Shown here: piece after piece, positions 45,783 through 57,206 of the stretch
Layout: each line of letters opens with the position of its first letter
How positions within the stretch are numbered: the stretch's first letter is position 1
DNA from: an uncultured Alphaproteobacteria bacterium
Lineage (GTDB): Bacteria; Pseudomonadota; Alphaproteobacteria; Rhizobiales; Beijerinckiaceae
Length of the DNA: 64,000 nt
Assembly (NCBI GenBank): GCA_937988775.1
Contig: CALKHP010000048.1
Span: forward strand, 55,519-119,518
Direction of reading: 5' to 3'
Notes under the pieces: generated by a model
What the model saw: the letters and a program-made list of their open reading frames with translations, nothing else
The model's database searches: none
Told to the model about the DNA's origin: nothing
Made by a program: the position numbers and the translations under genes

Positions 45783-46316
45783 TCAATCGTCATCATGCCC
45801 GCCAAGCTGCTTCGGCGTGACGAAGCGCTCAAGCCGCCCGCTTTCCGGCACCACATGCCAGTCATCCTGCGCGAAATCGATCACCGCCAGCGCGGCTGTG
45901 GGATATTTCCGCGTCATGCGGCGGTAGTCGTCATCGACCGAAGTAACGGCATCGCTGAGCAGCATGGCGAGCTCGGCAAAGCCGGGATTATGGCCGATCA
46001 GCAGCAGGCCCGGCGCGTCCGGCGGCGTTTCGCGCACGAGCGCGAGCAGGGTTCCGAGGCTGGCAGCATAGATGCGCGCGTCCTCGGAAACCTCCGCCCC
46101 GGCCGGCTGCCAGGCCTCGCTGACGAGGCGCCAGGTCTCGCGCGTGCGCCGCGCCGGAGACACCACGATGCGCGCCGGCGCGAAATTCTCGCGGCGCAGG
46201 TAATCGCCCACGAGCCGCGCCGCCGCGATGCCGCGCGGCGCAAGCGGGCGCTCGAAATCCGCGATGCCGGCGGGCCAGGCGGATTTTGCATGCCGAAGCA
46301 GGAATAATCGTCGCAT
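45783..46316 (-). CDS. sixA: SixA-type phosphohistidine phosphatase (histidine phosphatase superfamily branch 1)
   Basis: An internal Met gives MRRLFLLRHAKSAW…RPLAPRG…SPARRTRET…LLIGHNPG (RHA…H catalytic motifs), 177 aa. Confidence 0.75.
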   Translation of the reverse strand: MRRLFLLRHAKSAWPAGIADFERPLAPRGIAAARLVGDYLRRENFAPARIVVSPARRTRETWRLVSEAWQPAGAEVSEDARIYAASLGTLLALVRETPPDAPGLLLIGHNPGFAELAMLLSDAVTSVDDDYRRMTRKYPTAALAVIDFAQDDWHVVPESGRLERFVTPKQLGGHDDD

Positions 46317-46432
46317 GACACGCTGTTTGCCACGGCGCGCTGGCAATGGCGAGCCCATCCCGGATGGAACGGCGCGCTTGACGGCCCGGCCGCGCAAGGG
46401 CAGGTCAAGGGCCAGCTCTGGCAACGGCCCCG

Positions 46433-47044
46433 ATGACCGCACCCTTGACCTACAAGCACCGCCCCAAACCGTTCGGACAGGAAGCGATCTTCGTGCTCGG
46501 CGCCGACCGCATGAAGGTCCGCCACGGCCGGCGCAAGGCGGAGTTCGTCTATCGCGACGTCGCCATGCTGCGCCTCACCTACGCGCCGACCAACATCGCC
46601 AGCGACGGCTATCGCGGCAAGCTGATCACGCGCACCGGCCGTTCCGTGGGCTTCACCAACCTGTCCTGGCGCTCGATGGCCGGGATGGAGCGCCATCACG
46701 ACGCCTATCGCGCCTTCGTCGCGGCGCTGGCGGAGCAGGTCGCGCATGCCAATCCGGACGCGACCTTCAGCGCCGGCCTGGCGCCGTGGCGCTTCAGGAC
46801 GATGTGCGGGCTCGCGGGAGCGACCGGCGCGGCGCTTGCCGGCGCGGCGCTGTTCGCGCTCTACCAGCGCTTGCAGCCGAGCGCCGCATGGCCCGCCGGC
46901 CTCGCCTCGCTGCTGGCCGGCATGGCCGGCTTCACGCTCGTCTATCTGGTCTATTGGATGCGCCGCTACCTCGGCCGCAACCGCCCGGCCAGCTTCCAGC
47001 CGGGCGCGATCCCAGAGCGCGTGCTGCCGAAGGCAAACGCCTGA
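46433..47044 (+). CDS. Hypothetical protein with a soluble N-terminal domain and two C-terminal TM helices
   Basis: 203-aa ORF with good coding appearance. TM-like FRTMCGLAGATGAALAGAALFALY and GLASLLAGMAGFTLVYLVYWM. No family recognised. Confidence 0.55.
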   Translation: MTAPLTYKHRPKPFGQEAIFVLGADRMKVRHGRRKAEFVYRDVAMLRLTYAPTNIASDGYRGKLITRTGRSVGFTNLSWRSMAGMERHHDAYRAFVAALAEQVAHANPDATFSAGLAPWRFRTMCGLAGATGAALAGAALFALYQRLQPSAAWPAGLASLLAGMAGFTLVYLVYWMRRYLGRNRPASFQPGAIPERVLPKANA

Positions 47045-47060
47045 TCAGGCCAACCTTTGA

Positions 47061-48101
<1,041 letters not shown>

Positions 48102-48193
48102 TCATGCTCTCCGACGACCGGCCAGTGCTTGCCGGTCGCGTCGTTGATATCCCTGTTGCGCGCCGGCGGGGGTGCCACCGCGCACCGGCTTGC

Positions 48194-48965
<772 letters not shown>

Positions 48966-49288
48966 GGCGTTTCGTAACCGTCATGCGTTTTACCTTCCTG
49001 TGCATTTCATGGGGAAATCGCGCAGGCGACCTTAATCTCTCCGCGAATGCGGCGCATCCTCCCCATCGGCGACCATGCGCAGCGGATGCACCGAAACACG
49101 TTAACGACAATTTTCGATTTATTAACCCTAGCCGTTCACGCGACCGGCAAGCATCGCTAGACTTGGCCGCCGAGCAGGGACTATCCGTTGGGAACCGTGG
49201 CATTCCCGAGGGAGTGTGTCCCTTGTAACGCAACTATTGTTTATCCAGCCGGCGAGGCCTTCCCGGCGGAACACGAGTGAGGCGCGTA

Positions 49289-52200
49289 ATGGCCAAGAAC
49301 ATCAAGCGGCAAGACCCGACAGAAGCGGCGCTGTCGGCGATCGAGGAGGCCCTGAGCCTGCAAGCACCAGCTTCAAACGCTGCCTCGAACGCCACCGCGA
49401 CTGGCCAGAGCGAAGCCGCACGGCTGCCCAATATCGACGAGCAGGAACTGTTCCGCGAAATGACGGCCACCGTCACGAAGGCGGCACGCCCCGAGCCCGG
49501 CAAGGCTGCGGCGGTCGAGAAACCGGCCAGTCAGCCCCAGGCTCCCGCTGCTACCGCCAAACCGCAGCCCGCCCCTTCCGCGCCCCCTCCCCGGCGCGAG
49601 CCGGCCGAACGGCGCGCCGACAACGACGACCGCCGCGCCGTCGGCCAGTTGCTGCAAGGCATCCAGCACCGCCCCTCCGCCGCGCCGCTCTGGCTCGCCA
49701 CGCTCGCTTCGCTCGGCTGGCTCGCCGCGACCGGCGGCTATCTCTACAGCCGCTATTTCATGTCCCAGACCGGCGACATCGCGAGCTGGACCCTGCCGGC
49801 GCCGGCGGAAATGGCCATAGCCGGCTTCGCCCTCATCGTGCCGGTGCTGTTCTTCTTCACGCTCGCGGTGCTGTTCCGGCGCACGCAGGAAATGCGCAGC
49901 GCCGCCCGTACCATGACCGAGGTCGCGCTGCGCCTCGCCGAACCCGAGACCATCGCCTCCGACAACGTCTTCAACCTCGGCCAGGCCATCCGCCGCGAGA
50001 TCGCCGCCATGGGCGACGGCATGGAGCGGGCGCTTGCCCGCGCCAGCGAGCTGGAAGCCGTCGTGCATGGCGAGGTGACGACGCTCGAGCGCTCCTATGC
50101 CGATAACGAGGTCCGCATCCGCACCCTGATCGCCGAGCTTGCCGCCCAGCGCGACGCCGTGCAGGTCAATGCCGAAAACGTGCGCGCCTCGATCATCGGC
50201 GCGCATCAGGGCCTGACCGGCGAGTTGAACGCGGTCGCCGCCCAGATCACCACCACCGTCAGCGATGCCGGCCAGCTTGTCACCAACGCGCTCAGCGAGC
50301 GCGGCAATCACCTGACGCACGCGCTCGGCCGCGCCGGCGAGCAGGTCATCGACCAGATCACCGCGCGCTCGCTGGAATTCACCGAGCGCCTGCACGCCAC
50401 CGGCGGCGCGCTCAGCGAGCAGATCAACGAGACCGCCAACACCGTCACCGGCCGCCTCGTCACCGTCGGCCAGGCGGTTGCCGACGACCTCGCCCAGCGC
50501 GGCGACGGCCTGACGCGCGAGATCGAAGCGGTCGGCGGGCGCCTCAACCTCGCCATCGACGACCATATCGACGGCGCGCGCACCCGCCTCGAGCAGAGCG
50601 GCGACAACCTCGTCGCCAACATCACCGCCCATGTCGCCAATGCCACCGATGCGCTGAGCACCGGCAGCGTCGGCCTGCTCGCCGAACTCGACCAGCGCAG
50701 CGGCCGCGTCGTGCAGCATTTTGAGCTGACCGGCGAGCGCATCGCCTCGGCCATCGCCGAGCGCGGCGAGGCGCTGAGCGAGCGTCTCAGCGCCACCAGC
50801 GAGCAGGTGCACCAGGCGATCCTCGTCAACGGCAAGGCGCTGGAGGACAGCCTGACCGGCCATGGCGACAGCATCGCCCGCAACCTCGCCGAGCAGACCG
50901 AGAAGGCGCAGGGCGCCTTCATGATGTCGAGCCAGAGCCTGGCCTCGCTCCTGACCGAGCGCGCGCTCGCCGCCCGCAACGCCTTCGATGCCGCCAGCAA
51001 CACCATCGCCGCCGTGCTCAGCGACCGCACCGACAGCGCCCGCAAGGCGCTGGAGGAAACCGGCGACCAGCTTGCCCGCACGCTCGGCGAACGCGCCGAA
51101 GGCGCCCGCAACGTGCTGGAAATCGCCGGCCATTCTCTCGTCGCCACCGTCGACAACCGCACCGGCGCGGCGCGCGAGATCCTGCACGAGGCCACCGCCG
51201 GCCTGATCGAGGCGCTCGAAAGCCGCACCACGACGGCGCGCGACCTGATCGAGACGTCGGGCGGCTCGCTGGTCTCGGCGCTCGATGCCCGCACCGCCGC
51301 CGTGCGCACCGTGCTCGACACCTCCGGCCTGGCGCTGGTCGAGGCGCTCGATCACAAGACCGACGAGGCGCGTGCCCGCATGGACGCCTCGACGACAGCC
51401 CTCGTCGCCACCATTACCGAGGCGACCGGCTCCGCCGCCGCGGCGCTCGAGGCCACCGGCCAGTCGCTCACCGGCGGCATCGCCATCCATACCGAGACGG
51501 CGCGCCGCTCCCTGCAGGAAACCGGCGACAACGTCCTCGCCGTGCTGGAGAGCCGCACCGACGCCGCCCGCGCCCTGCTCGGCACCATCGGCAACGATCT
51601 CGCCGTGTCGCTCGAAGGCGGCGTCGCCAATGCCCGCTCGCTGCTCGATCAGGCCGGAAGCGACTTCTCGACCCGCCTGCACACCCATGCCGAACAGGCC
51701 AGGGCGCTGTTCGACGAGCATACCGGCCAACTTGGCGCCCAGGCCGAAAGCCGTGGCACCGAGATCGCCACCAAGCTCGCCCAGACCGGCAAGGACATCG
51801 TGCTCGCCGTCGCGACCCAGGGCGGCCGCATCAACGAGGCGCTCGCCCAGAACGCGCAAGGCTTGCTCGACAATCTCGGCAAGACCAGCGGCGACCTCGC
51901 CGAACGGCTCGATTCCCTCGACCAGAAGCTGCTCAGCAGCCTGAGCGGCGTGGAAAATGCCCTCACCGTACGCGGCGACGCGCTGGTCGGGCGCATCGAG
52001 CAGCACGCCGCGACCTCGAGCGAGGCGATCGCCAGCCATATCGAGCAGTTCAACGCCCTGTCGGCGACGCATGTCGCGACCCTGAACGGCTCGCTCGACC
52101 AGATTGCCGGTCAGCTGGAACACAATGCCGCGCGCGCCAACGAGACCGTCAGCGCGCTCGTCGCCAATCTCGACGAGCAGGCCACCCGCCACACCAACGA

Positions 52201-54889
52201 GCTTGGCCACCATATCGAGAGCGCGCTCTCCGGCATCGGGCGCAACATCGCCACCATCGACCAGACGCTGTCGGGCCATGTCGCGGCCTTCGACGAGCAC
52301 ACCGCCAAGCAGTCCGAGGCGCTGACCTTCGGCCTCGATGCCCTGCTCATGCGCTTCGCGGCGCAGACCCGCGAGGCCGACAACGTGCTGTCGCAGCATA
52401 TCGAGCGCCTCGACGAAAACGCCGCCCGCCAGGTCGCGCTCTTCGGCGAGAATGTCGACAGCGTCGTCGGCCGCATCGAACAGCGCACGCAGGATGTCGC
52501 GGCGGCGCTGTCGCAGCAAATCGCCCATCTCGACGAGAATGCCGCCCGCCAGGCGGAGCTGTTCGGGCAGAATTTCGACAATGTCGTCGGCCGCATCGAG
52601 CAGCGCACGCAGGAAGCCGGCGCGATGCTGTCGCGCCAGATCGCCCGCCTCGACGAGGATGGCGCGCGTCAGGCGGAGCTGGTCGGGCAAAACTTCGACG
52701 GCGTGGTCAGCCGCATCGAGCAGCGCACCCACGAGGCCGGCGCGATGCTGGCGCAGCACATCGCCCGCCTCGACGAGGACGGCGCGCGCCAGGCGGCTGC
52801 GTTCAGCCAGAACTTCGAGACCATGATCGGCCGCATCCAGGGCGGCCTGAGCGACAGCGCCTCCAAGCTCAACGAGACGCTTGCCGCCCGCACGCTCGAA
52901 ATCGCCAGGGTGCTCGGCGAAGGCGGCCGCGAGGTCACCGCCACGCTGTCGGGCGCGACCGAAGCGCTGCACGGCACGCTGACCACGCGCACGGCCGAGA
53001 TCGGCGACCTGCTCGACAGCCGCATCGGCCATTTCGAAACCCGCGTCGTCGGCCGCCTCGAGCAGGTCACCAGCACGCTGGAGGCGCGCGGCAACGGCGT
53101 CAGCGACCTGTTGCAGCAGCGCGCCGGCGAGATCGACAGCCTGCTCGACAACCTCGCCGAGAAGATGGGCCACACGCTCGCAACCCGCGTCGAGGAACTC
53201 TCCAGCACGCTCGGCAGCCGCACCACGGCCTTGCAGCAGCTGTTCGACGAGCGCGGCCAGGGCCTCGTCGCCCAGATTTCGCTGCGCGGCGAATCGCTCG
53301 CCCGCCAGATGGGCCAGCTCAGCGAGGGCTTCGGCCAGCAGGTCGAGGCGGCAGCCGGCGAAATCTCGCGCGTGCTCAGCGAGCGCGGCGAGGTCGTGGT
53401 CGATCAGCTCGATCAGGCCAGCCTCGGCCTCAGCGACAAGTTCGACCGCGCCGCGCAGAGCCTGCGCGAGGCGGTGGCCGAAGCGACCCACAGCTCGGTC
53501 GAGAGCCTTGTCACCGCCAATGACCGCCTCAAGGGCGAGGTCACCGACATTCTCGGCCGGCTCGGCGAGGCCAACGCCCTGCTGCGCCAGATCCTCAACA
53601 CCGCCGCGCATAATCTCGGCGATGTCGAAAGCACCATGTCGGAACGCGTGGCGCAGTTGCAATCCGCCCTGAAGACGGTGGCGCTCGACGCCGGCAAGTC
53701 GTCGGACCGCGTCGCCATCCAGATCGAGCAGCTCAAGTCGATCTCGGGCGTGGTGATGGAGGAAGCCTCCGAACTGGTCGGCACCATCGAGGCCAAGTCG
53801 CATGCCCTGACGGAGGCCGCGAGCCGGCTTGCCGCCGCGCAGAACCAGATCGGCAGCACGCTTGGCGACAAGCGCGACGAGATCGTCACCCTGACCGACC
53901 TGGTCGCGGCCCGCACCGAGGAACTCGAGGCGATGACGCGCAACTTCGGCCAGATGGTCTCGGACGCGCTGCGCACCGCCGAGCAGCGCACGCGCAAGGT
54001 CGGCGAATTGCTGGTGGATTCGACGCAGGCCGCGACCGGCGCCATCAACCAGCAATACGAGGCGATCCGCGCCGAATCGACCAAGGAGCGCGAGCGCACC
54101 GCCGCCGCCCTGCGCCAGATTTACGAGCAGTCGCTCGGCGAGCTGGCCGGCATGTTCACCAAGGTCACCGACGGCTTCAAGCTCTCGGCCGGCGACCTGC
54201 GCAACATGTCGGGTGAGATCGTGCGCGAATTGGAGAACACCCGCGCCGAAATCCGCCGCAGCGTCGCCGAACTGCCGCGCGAAACCAACGCCCAGACGGC
54301 GGCGATCCGCGAGAACGTCGCCGAGCAGATCCGCACGCTCGGCGAGATCCAGAGCATCACCAGCCGGGTGAGCCAGGTGCAGCCGCCGGCGCCGGCCCGC
54401 GCACCGGCACCTGCCGCCCCGGCAGCGGCGCAGCCGGCGCGCGACCGTTCGGGAAGCTGGATGTCGGACCTGCTCTCACGCGCCTCGCGTGAGGAGGCCG
54501 CCGCGCCGGCGCGCCAGTCGGGCGGGGTCGAGCGCACCGTCGCCCACAGCATCGAATCGCTCGACAGCCTGTCGGTCGATATCGCCCGTATGATCGACCA
54601 CGATGCCGTCGTCGACCTGTGGGACCGCTACAAGCGCGGCGAGCGCAACGTGTTCACGCGCCGTCTCTACACGTTGCAGGGCCAGCAGACCTTCGACGAA
54701 ATCCGCCGCAAGTATCGCCGCGACAGCGAGTTCCGCTCGACCGTCGATCGCTACATCGAGGAGTTCGAGCGCCTCCTGACCGAGGTGTCGCGCAACGACC
54801 GCGATTCACGCCTCGCCAAGGGCTATCTCACCTCGGATAACGGCAAGGTCTACACCATGCTCGCCCATGCGAGCGGCCATTTCGAATAG
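49289..54889 (+). CDS. Giant membrane-anchored coiled-coil protein with apolipoprotein-like repeats (GPR/RgsE-like)
   Basis: The ORF opens at GTG 49277, with ATG at 49289. It has a Pro/Ala-rich N-terminus and two TM helices (PLWLATLASLGWLAATGGYLY; IAGFALIVPVLFFFTLAVLF), then about 1,500 aa of periodic helical repeats and a distinct C-terminal domain (…DLWDRYKRGERNVFTRRLYTLQGQQTFDEIRRKYRRDSEF…). Confidence 0.85.
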   Translation: MAKNIKRQDPTEAALSAIEEALSLQAPASNAASNATATGQSEAARLPNIDEQELFREMTATVTKAARPEPGKAAAVEKPASQPQAPAATAKPQPAPSAPPPRREPAERRADNDDRRAVGQLLQGIQHRPSAAPLWLATLASLGWLAATGGYLYSRYFMSQTGDIASWTLPAPAEMAIAGFALIVPVLFFFTLAVLFRRTQEMRSAARTMTEVALRLAEPETIASDNVFNLGQAIRREIAAMGDGMERALARASELEAVVHGEVTTLERSYADNEVRIRTLIAELAAQRDAVQVNAENVRASIIGAHQGLTGELNAVAAQITTTVSDAGQLVTNALSERGNHLTHALGRAGEQVIDQITARSLEFTERLHATGGALSEQINETANTVTGRLVTVGQAVADDLAQRGDGLTREIEAVGGRLNLAIDDHIDGARTRLEQSGDNLVANITAHVANATDALSTGSVGLLAELDQRSGRVVQHFELTGERIASAIAERGEALSERLSATSEQVHQAILVNGKALEDSLTGHGDSIARNLAEQTEKAQGAFMMSSQSLASLLTERALAARNAFDAASNTIAAVLSDRTDSARKALEETGDQLARTLGERAEGARNVLEIAGHSLVATVDNRTGAAREILHEATAGLIEALESRTTTARDLIETSGGSLVSALDARTAAVRTVLDTSGLALVEALDHKTDEARARMDASTTALVATITEATGSAAAALEATGQSLTGGIAIHTETARRSLQETGDNVLAVLESRTDAARALLGTIGNDLAVSLEGGVANARSLLDQAGSDFSTRLHTHAEQARALFDEHTGQLGAQAESRGTEIATKLAQTGKDIVLAVATQGGRINEALAQNAQGLLDNLGKTSGDLAERLDSLDQKLLSSLSGVENALTVRGDALVGRIEQHAATSSEAIASHIEQFNALSATHVATLNGSLDQIAGQLEHNAARANETVSALVANLDEQATRHTNELGHHIESALSGIGRNIATIDQTLSGHVAAFDEHTAKQSEALTFGLDALLMRFAAQTREADNVLSQHIERLDENAARQVALFGENVDSVVGRIEQRTQDVAAALSQQIAHLDENAARQAELFGQNFDNVVGRIEQRTQEAGAMLSRQIARLDEDGARQAELVGQNFDGVVSRIEQRTHEAGAMLAQHIARLDEDGARQAAAFSQNFETMIGRIQGGLSDSASKLNETLAARTLEIARVLGEGGREVTATLSGATEALHGTLTTRTAEIGDLLDSRIGHFETRVVGRLEQVTSTLEARGNGVSDLLQQRAGEIDSLLDNLAEKMGHTLATRVEELSSTLGSRTTALQQLFDERGQGLVAQISLRGESLARQMGQLSEGFGQQVEAAAGEISRVLSERGEVVVDQLDQASLGLSDKFDRAAQSLREAVAEATHSSVESLVTANDRLKGEVTDILGRLGEANALLRQILNTAAHNLGDVESTMSERVAQLQSALKTVALDAGKSSDRVAIQIEQLKSISGVVMEEASELVGTIEAKSHALTEAASRLAAAQNQIGSTLGDKRDEIVTLTDLVAARTEELEAMTRNFGQMVSDALRTAEQRTRKVGELLVDSTQAATGAINQQYEAIRAESTKERERTAAALRQIYEQSLGELAGMFTKVTDGFKLSAGDLRNMSGEIVRELENTRAEIRRSVAELPRETNAQTAAIRENVAEQIRTLGEIQSITSRVSQVQPPAPARAPAPAAPAAAQPARDRSGSWMSDLLSRASREEAAAPARQSGGVERTVAHSIESLDSLSVDIARMIDHDAVVDLWDRYKRGERNVFTRRLYTLQGQQTFDEIRRKYRRDSEFRSTVDRYIEEFERLLTEVSRNDRDSRLAKGYLTSDNGKVYTMLAHASGHFE
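51017..51808 (+). repeat. About 12 tandem 66-bp (22-aa) degenerate coding repeats inside the giant gene
   Basis: LSDRTDSARKALEETGDQLART / LGERAEGARNVLEIAGHSLVAT / VDNRTGAAREILHEATAGLIEA / LESRTTTARDLIETSGGSLVSA / LDARTAAVRTVLDTSGLALVEA / … The pattern x(3)-T/R-x(2)-AR-x(2)-L-x(3)-G-x(2)-L recurs every 22 residues. Confidence 0.8.
52388..52867 (+). repeat. Four tandem 120-bp (40-aa) coding repeats inside the giant gene
   Basis: Units start at 52388, 52508, 52628 and 52748: LSQHIERLDENAARQVALFGENVDSVVGRIEQRTQDVAAA / LSQQIAHLDENAARQAELFGQNFDNVVGRIEQRTQEAGAM / LSRQIARLDEDGARQAELVGQNFDGVVSRIEQRTHEAGAM / LAQHIARLDEDGARQAAAFSQNFETMIGRIQG… A degenerate fifth unit lies upstream, near 52268. Confidence 0.9.
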
Positions 54890-54930
54890 GCCCGCAAACC
54901 AAGGCACGCCCAGCGACGGCCGCCGAACCA

Positions 54931-55045
54931 TTCCCTTCTCCCGCCCGCGGGAGAAGGTCCCGGCAGGGGGATGAGGGAAACCGCGGCGCCATCTCCCCTC
55001 ATCCGTCTGCTGCGCAGACACCTTCTCCCGCAAGCGGGCGAAGGA
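54931..55045. repeat. Family E nested palindromic element
   Basis: TTCCCTTCTCCCGCCCGCGGGAGAAGG…GGGGGATGAGGGAAACC…CTCCCCTCATCC…CCTTCTCCCGCAAGCGGGCGAAGG. Confidence 0.8.
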
Positions 55046-55170
55046 TTTTCCTGACCTGCTCCGCCACACATAGCCCTCGTGCTTCGAGACGGCCCAAGGG
55101 GCCTCCTCAGCATGACGGCTCCGGGGAGGAAGCAGGACTTTTCAAACAGGCTGAGGCAAGCCCCGGCAGT

Positions 55171-55788
55171 TCAGCCCTTGAACGCCGCGATCTGGCGCAG
55201 CACGTCGCCAAGCGCCGCCTGGAGCGCCACCGCCGCGCCCGGCCCGTCAATGCTCGCAACCGGTGCGCGCGCGCTGAAAATCCTGCCGCCGGCAATATCG
55301 CCGGAGCCCGAGCGCACGAACTTGACCGACAGTTCGACCACCGCCTCGCGGCTCGCCTGCTCGACCTCGAAACGGCGGATTTCCGACACCAGCGTATAAG
55401 TCGGGTTGAGGCGATCCGACGGATAACCGACCTGCTTGAAGCGGGCGGCGTTCTCGAAGGTCTGCACGATGCGCACCTGGATCAGCTTCGGCAGCCGGTC
55501 GGCCCATTGCGCGCCGCCGAGGATCGACAGCGCGCCATTCGCGCCGCGCACGACGATCTTGTCGTCGTCATAGGCTTGCAGCGCCACCGGCTCCATCACC
55601 ACCATGGTGCCGACACCGCGCCCGCGCACCAGCCCGTCGCGCGGCGCGGACAGGTCGAAGGTCGCGGGCGGGGCCGGCGTGCCGCAAGCGCCGAGCGCCA
55701 GCAGGCTGGCCAAGGCCACGCCCCCCAGCATCAGGCGGCGCGACAGGCCGGCCGGCATCCGGTCGATCGATGTGGGCGAACGCGGCAT
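55171..55788 (-). CDS. ABC-transport auxiliary lipoprotein (PqiC/DUF330-like)
   Basis: …LMLGGVALASLLALGAC-G lipobox. Its ATG overlaps the stop of the MCE gene (ATGA). Confidence 0.75.
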   Translation of the reverse strand: MPRSPTSIDRMPAGLSRRLMLGGVALASLLALGACGTPAPPATFDLSAPRDGLVRGRGVGTMVVMEPVALQAYDDDKIVVRGANGALSILGGAQWADRLPKLIQVRIVQTFENAARFKQVGYPSDRLNPTYTLVSEIRRFEVEQASREAVVELSVKFVRSGSGDIAGGRIFSARAPVASIDGPGAAVALQAALGDVLRQIAAFKG

Positions 55789-57122
55789 CAGCGGTTCCCG
55801 TTATAGGTGGGAAGGGGCGGCTTGGCGCCGAAGATCAGCTGATCCGGCGCGCGTTGCAGCGAACGCGCGGTGCGGTTGAGCTGGTTCAACGACGAGCGCG
55901 CGTCGATCACCAGCCCCTCGAGGTCGCGCCGGCCGGATCCGGTGAAACGGTTGATGCCGGCGCTGATCGCATCGATGCGCTCGTCGAGATGCGTCGAGAG
56001 CGTGCGGAAGGCTTTCGCGGCCTCGGTGATCTCGGCGAACATGCTCTGCGTGCCGGAATTGCCGGCGCCATTGGTGCCAAGGAAACTCTCGGCGCCGGCC
56101 AGCACGCGGTCGACCCGGTCGGCCGACTTGTTGAGCTTCTCTGAAATCTCCCGCGCGTTGGCGATCGTCTGGTCGATGGCGGCGGCGTCGGAGCCGAGCA
56201 CCTTGGAGAACTTGTCGACATTGTCGATCACGCTCGCCACCTTCTGGTTGTCGATGGCGCTGGTGATGCGGGTGACTTCGGCGAGCGCGACATCGAGCTT
56301 CAGCGAACTGTCGTTCAGCCGCTTGGTGAGGGAGGCGAGATCGGTCAGCGTCGAGGACACGTTCTGCCGGTTGTCGGCCAGCGTCTGCGCGATGGCGTCG
56401 GCATTGCCGACGATGCGGTTGATCGACTTGGTATCGACCGCCTTCACGACATCGTCGAGATCGACCGCGAGCTTGTCGAGCCGCGACGACAGCGCCGAGA
56501 ACCGCGTCGAGGTCTCGCCGATCGACGACAGGAAGGTCGAGATGCCGGCCGAATTATCCGACAGCGCCTTCGAGAACGTCTCGACATTGCGGATCGTGCT
56601 GCTGATCGCGCCCTGGTTGTCGTCGATGACCTTCTCGACCTTGCCGACCGCCTCGTCGACGCGCCCGGCGATGCGCTGCGCCGTTTCCATGATGTCCTGG
56701 AAATCCGAGCGGTCGGCGAAGATCGTCGGGCGCATGTTCGGATTTGGCGAGGTCAGCGGCGGCGCCGACGAACTGCCGCCGGTCAGCTGCACGGCGGCGA
56801 CGCCGGTCAGCCCCTGATACTCGAGCCGCGCCCTGGTATCGGCCTTGACCGGCGTATGCGGATCGATGGCGATGATCGCCGCCACCAGGCGCGGATCGTC
56901 CGGCACCAGGCTGATCGAGGTCACATCGCCGACGCTCAAGCCGTTGAAGCGCACCGGCGAGCCGCGCGACAGGCCCGACACCGAGCCCTGGAACACGATG
57001 CGATAGGTCTCGCGGTCGCCGGACCGGCCGGCCGCCTTGAACCAGTACACGAAGCCGAAAGCGGCCGCGATCACCGCCAGCGTGAACAGCCCGATCAATG
57101 CGTGATTGGCACGCGTTTCCAT
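55788..57122 (-). CDS. MlaD/MCE-domain protein with a long helical C-terminal extension
   Basis: METRANHALIGLFTLAVIAAAFGFVYWF (TM helix), …YRIVFQGSVSGLSRGSPVRFNGLSVGDV… (MCE domain), then about 300 aa of Ser/Asp/Leu-rich helical repeats. Confidence 0.85.
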   Translation of the reverse strand: METRANHALIGLFTLAVIAAAFGFVYWFKAAGRSGDRETYRIVFQGSVSGLSRGSPVRFNGLSVGDVTSISLVPDDPRLVAAIIAIDPHTPVKADTRARLEYQGLTGVAAVQLTGGSSSAPPLTSPNPNMRPTIFADRSDFQDIMETAQRIAGRVDEAVGKVEKVIDDNQGAISSTIRNVETFSKALSDNSAGISTFLSSIGETSTRFSALSSRLDKLAVDLDDVVKAVDTKSINRIVGNADAIAQTLADNRQNVSSTLTDLASLTKRLNDSSLKLDVALAEVTRITSAIDNQKVASVIDNVDKFSKVLGSDAAAIDQTIANAREISEKLNKSADRVDRVLAGAESFLGTNGAGNSGTQSMFAEITEAAKAFRTLSTHLDERIDAISAGINRFTGSGRRDLEGLVIDARSSLNQLNRTARSLQRAPDQLIFGAKPPLPTYNGNR

Positions 57123-57206
57123 GACAGCCGTCCCTAGCGTCCGTGGCAAGGGTCGGAAGGGAGCGCGAAAGCGATCGTCACGGTGTTGGCATCCCCATCG
57201 CGTGCT

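Noticed and set aside
49373-54055. A 1,560-aa ORF antisense to the giant coiled-coil gene, considered as a possible overlapping gene.
   Set aside because: The sense frame has clear TM helices, regular heptad/22-mer periodicity and a conserved-looking C-terminal domain. The antisense translation is a monotonous G/A/R/L/E/D string produced by the reverse complement of GCC/GAG/CTC/CGC-rich repeats. Nothing supports dual coding.
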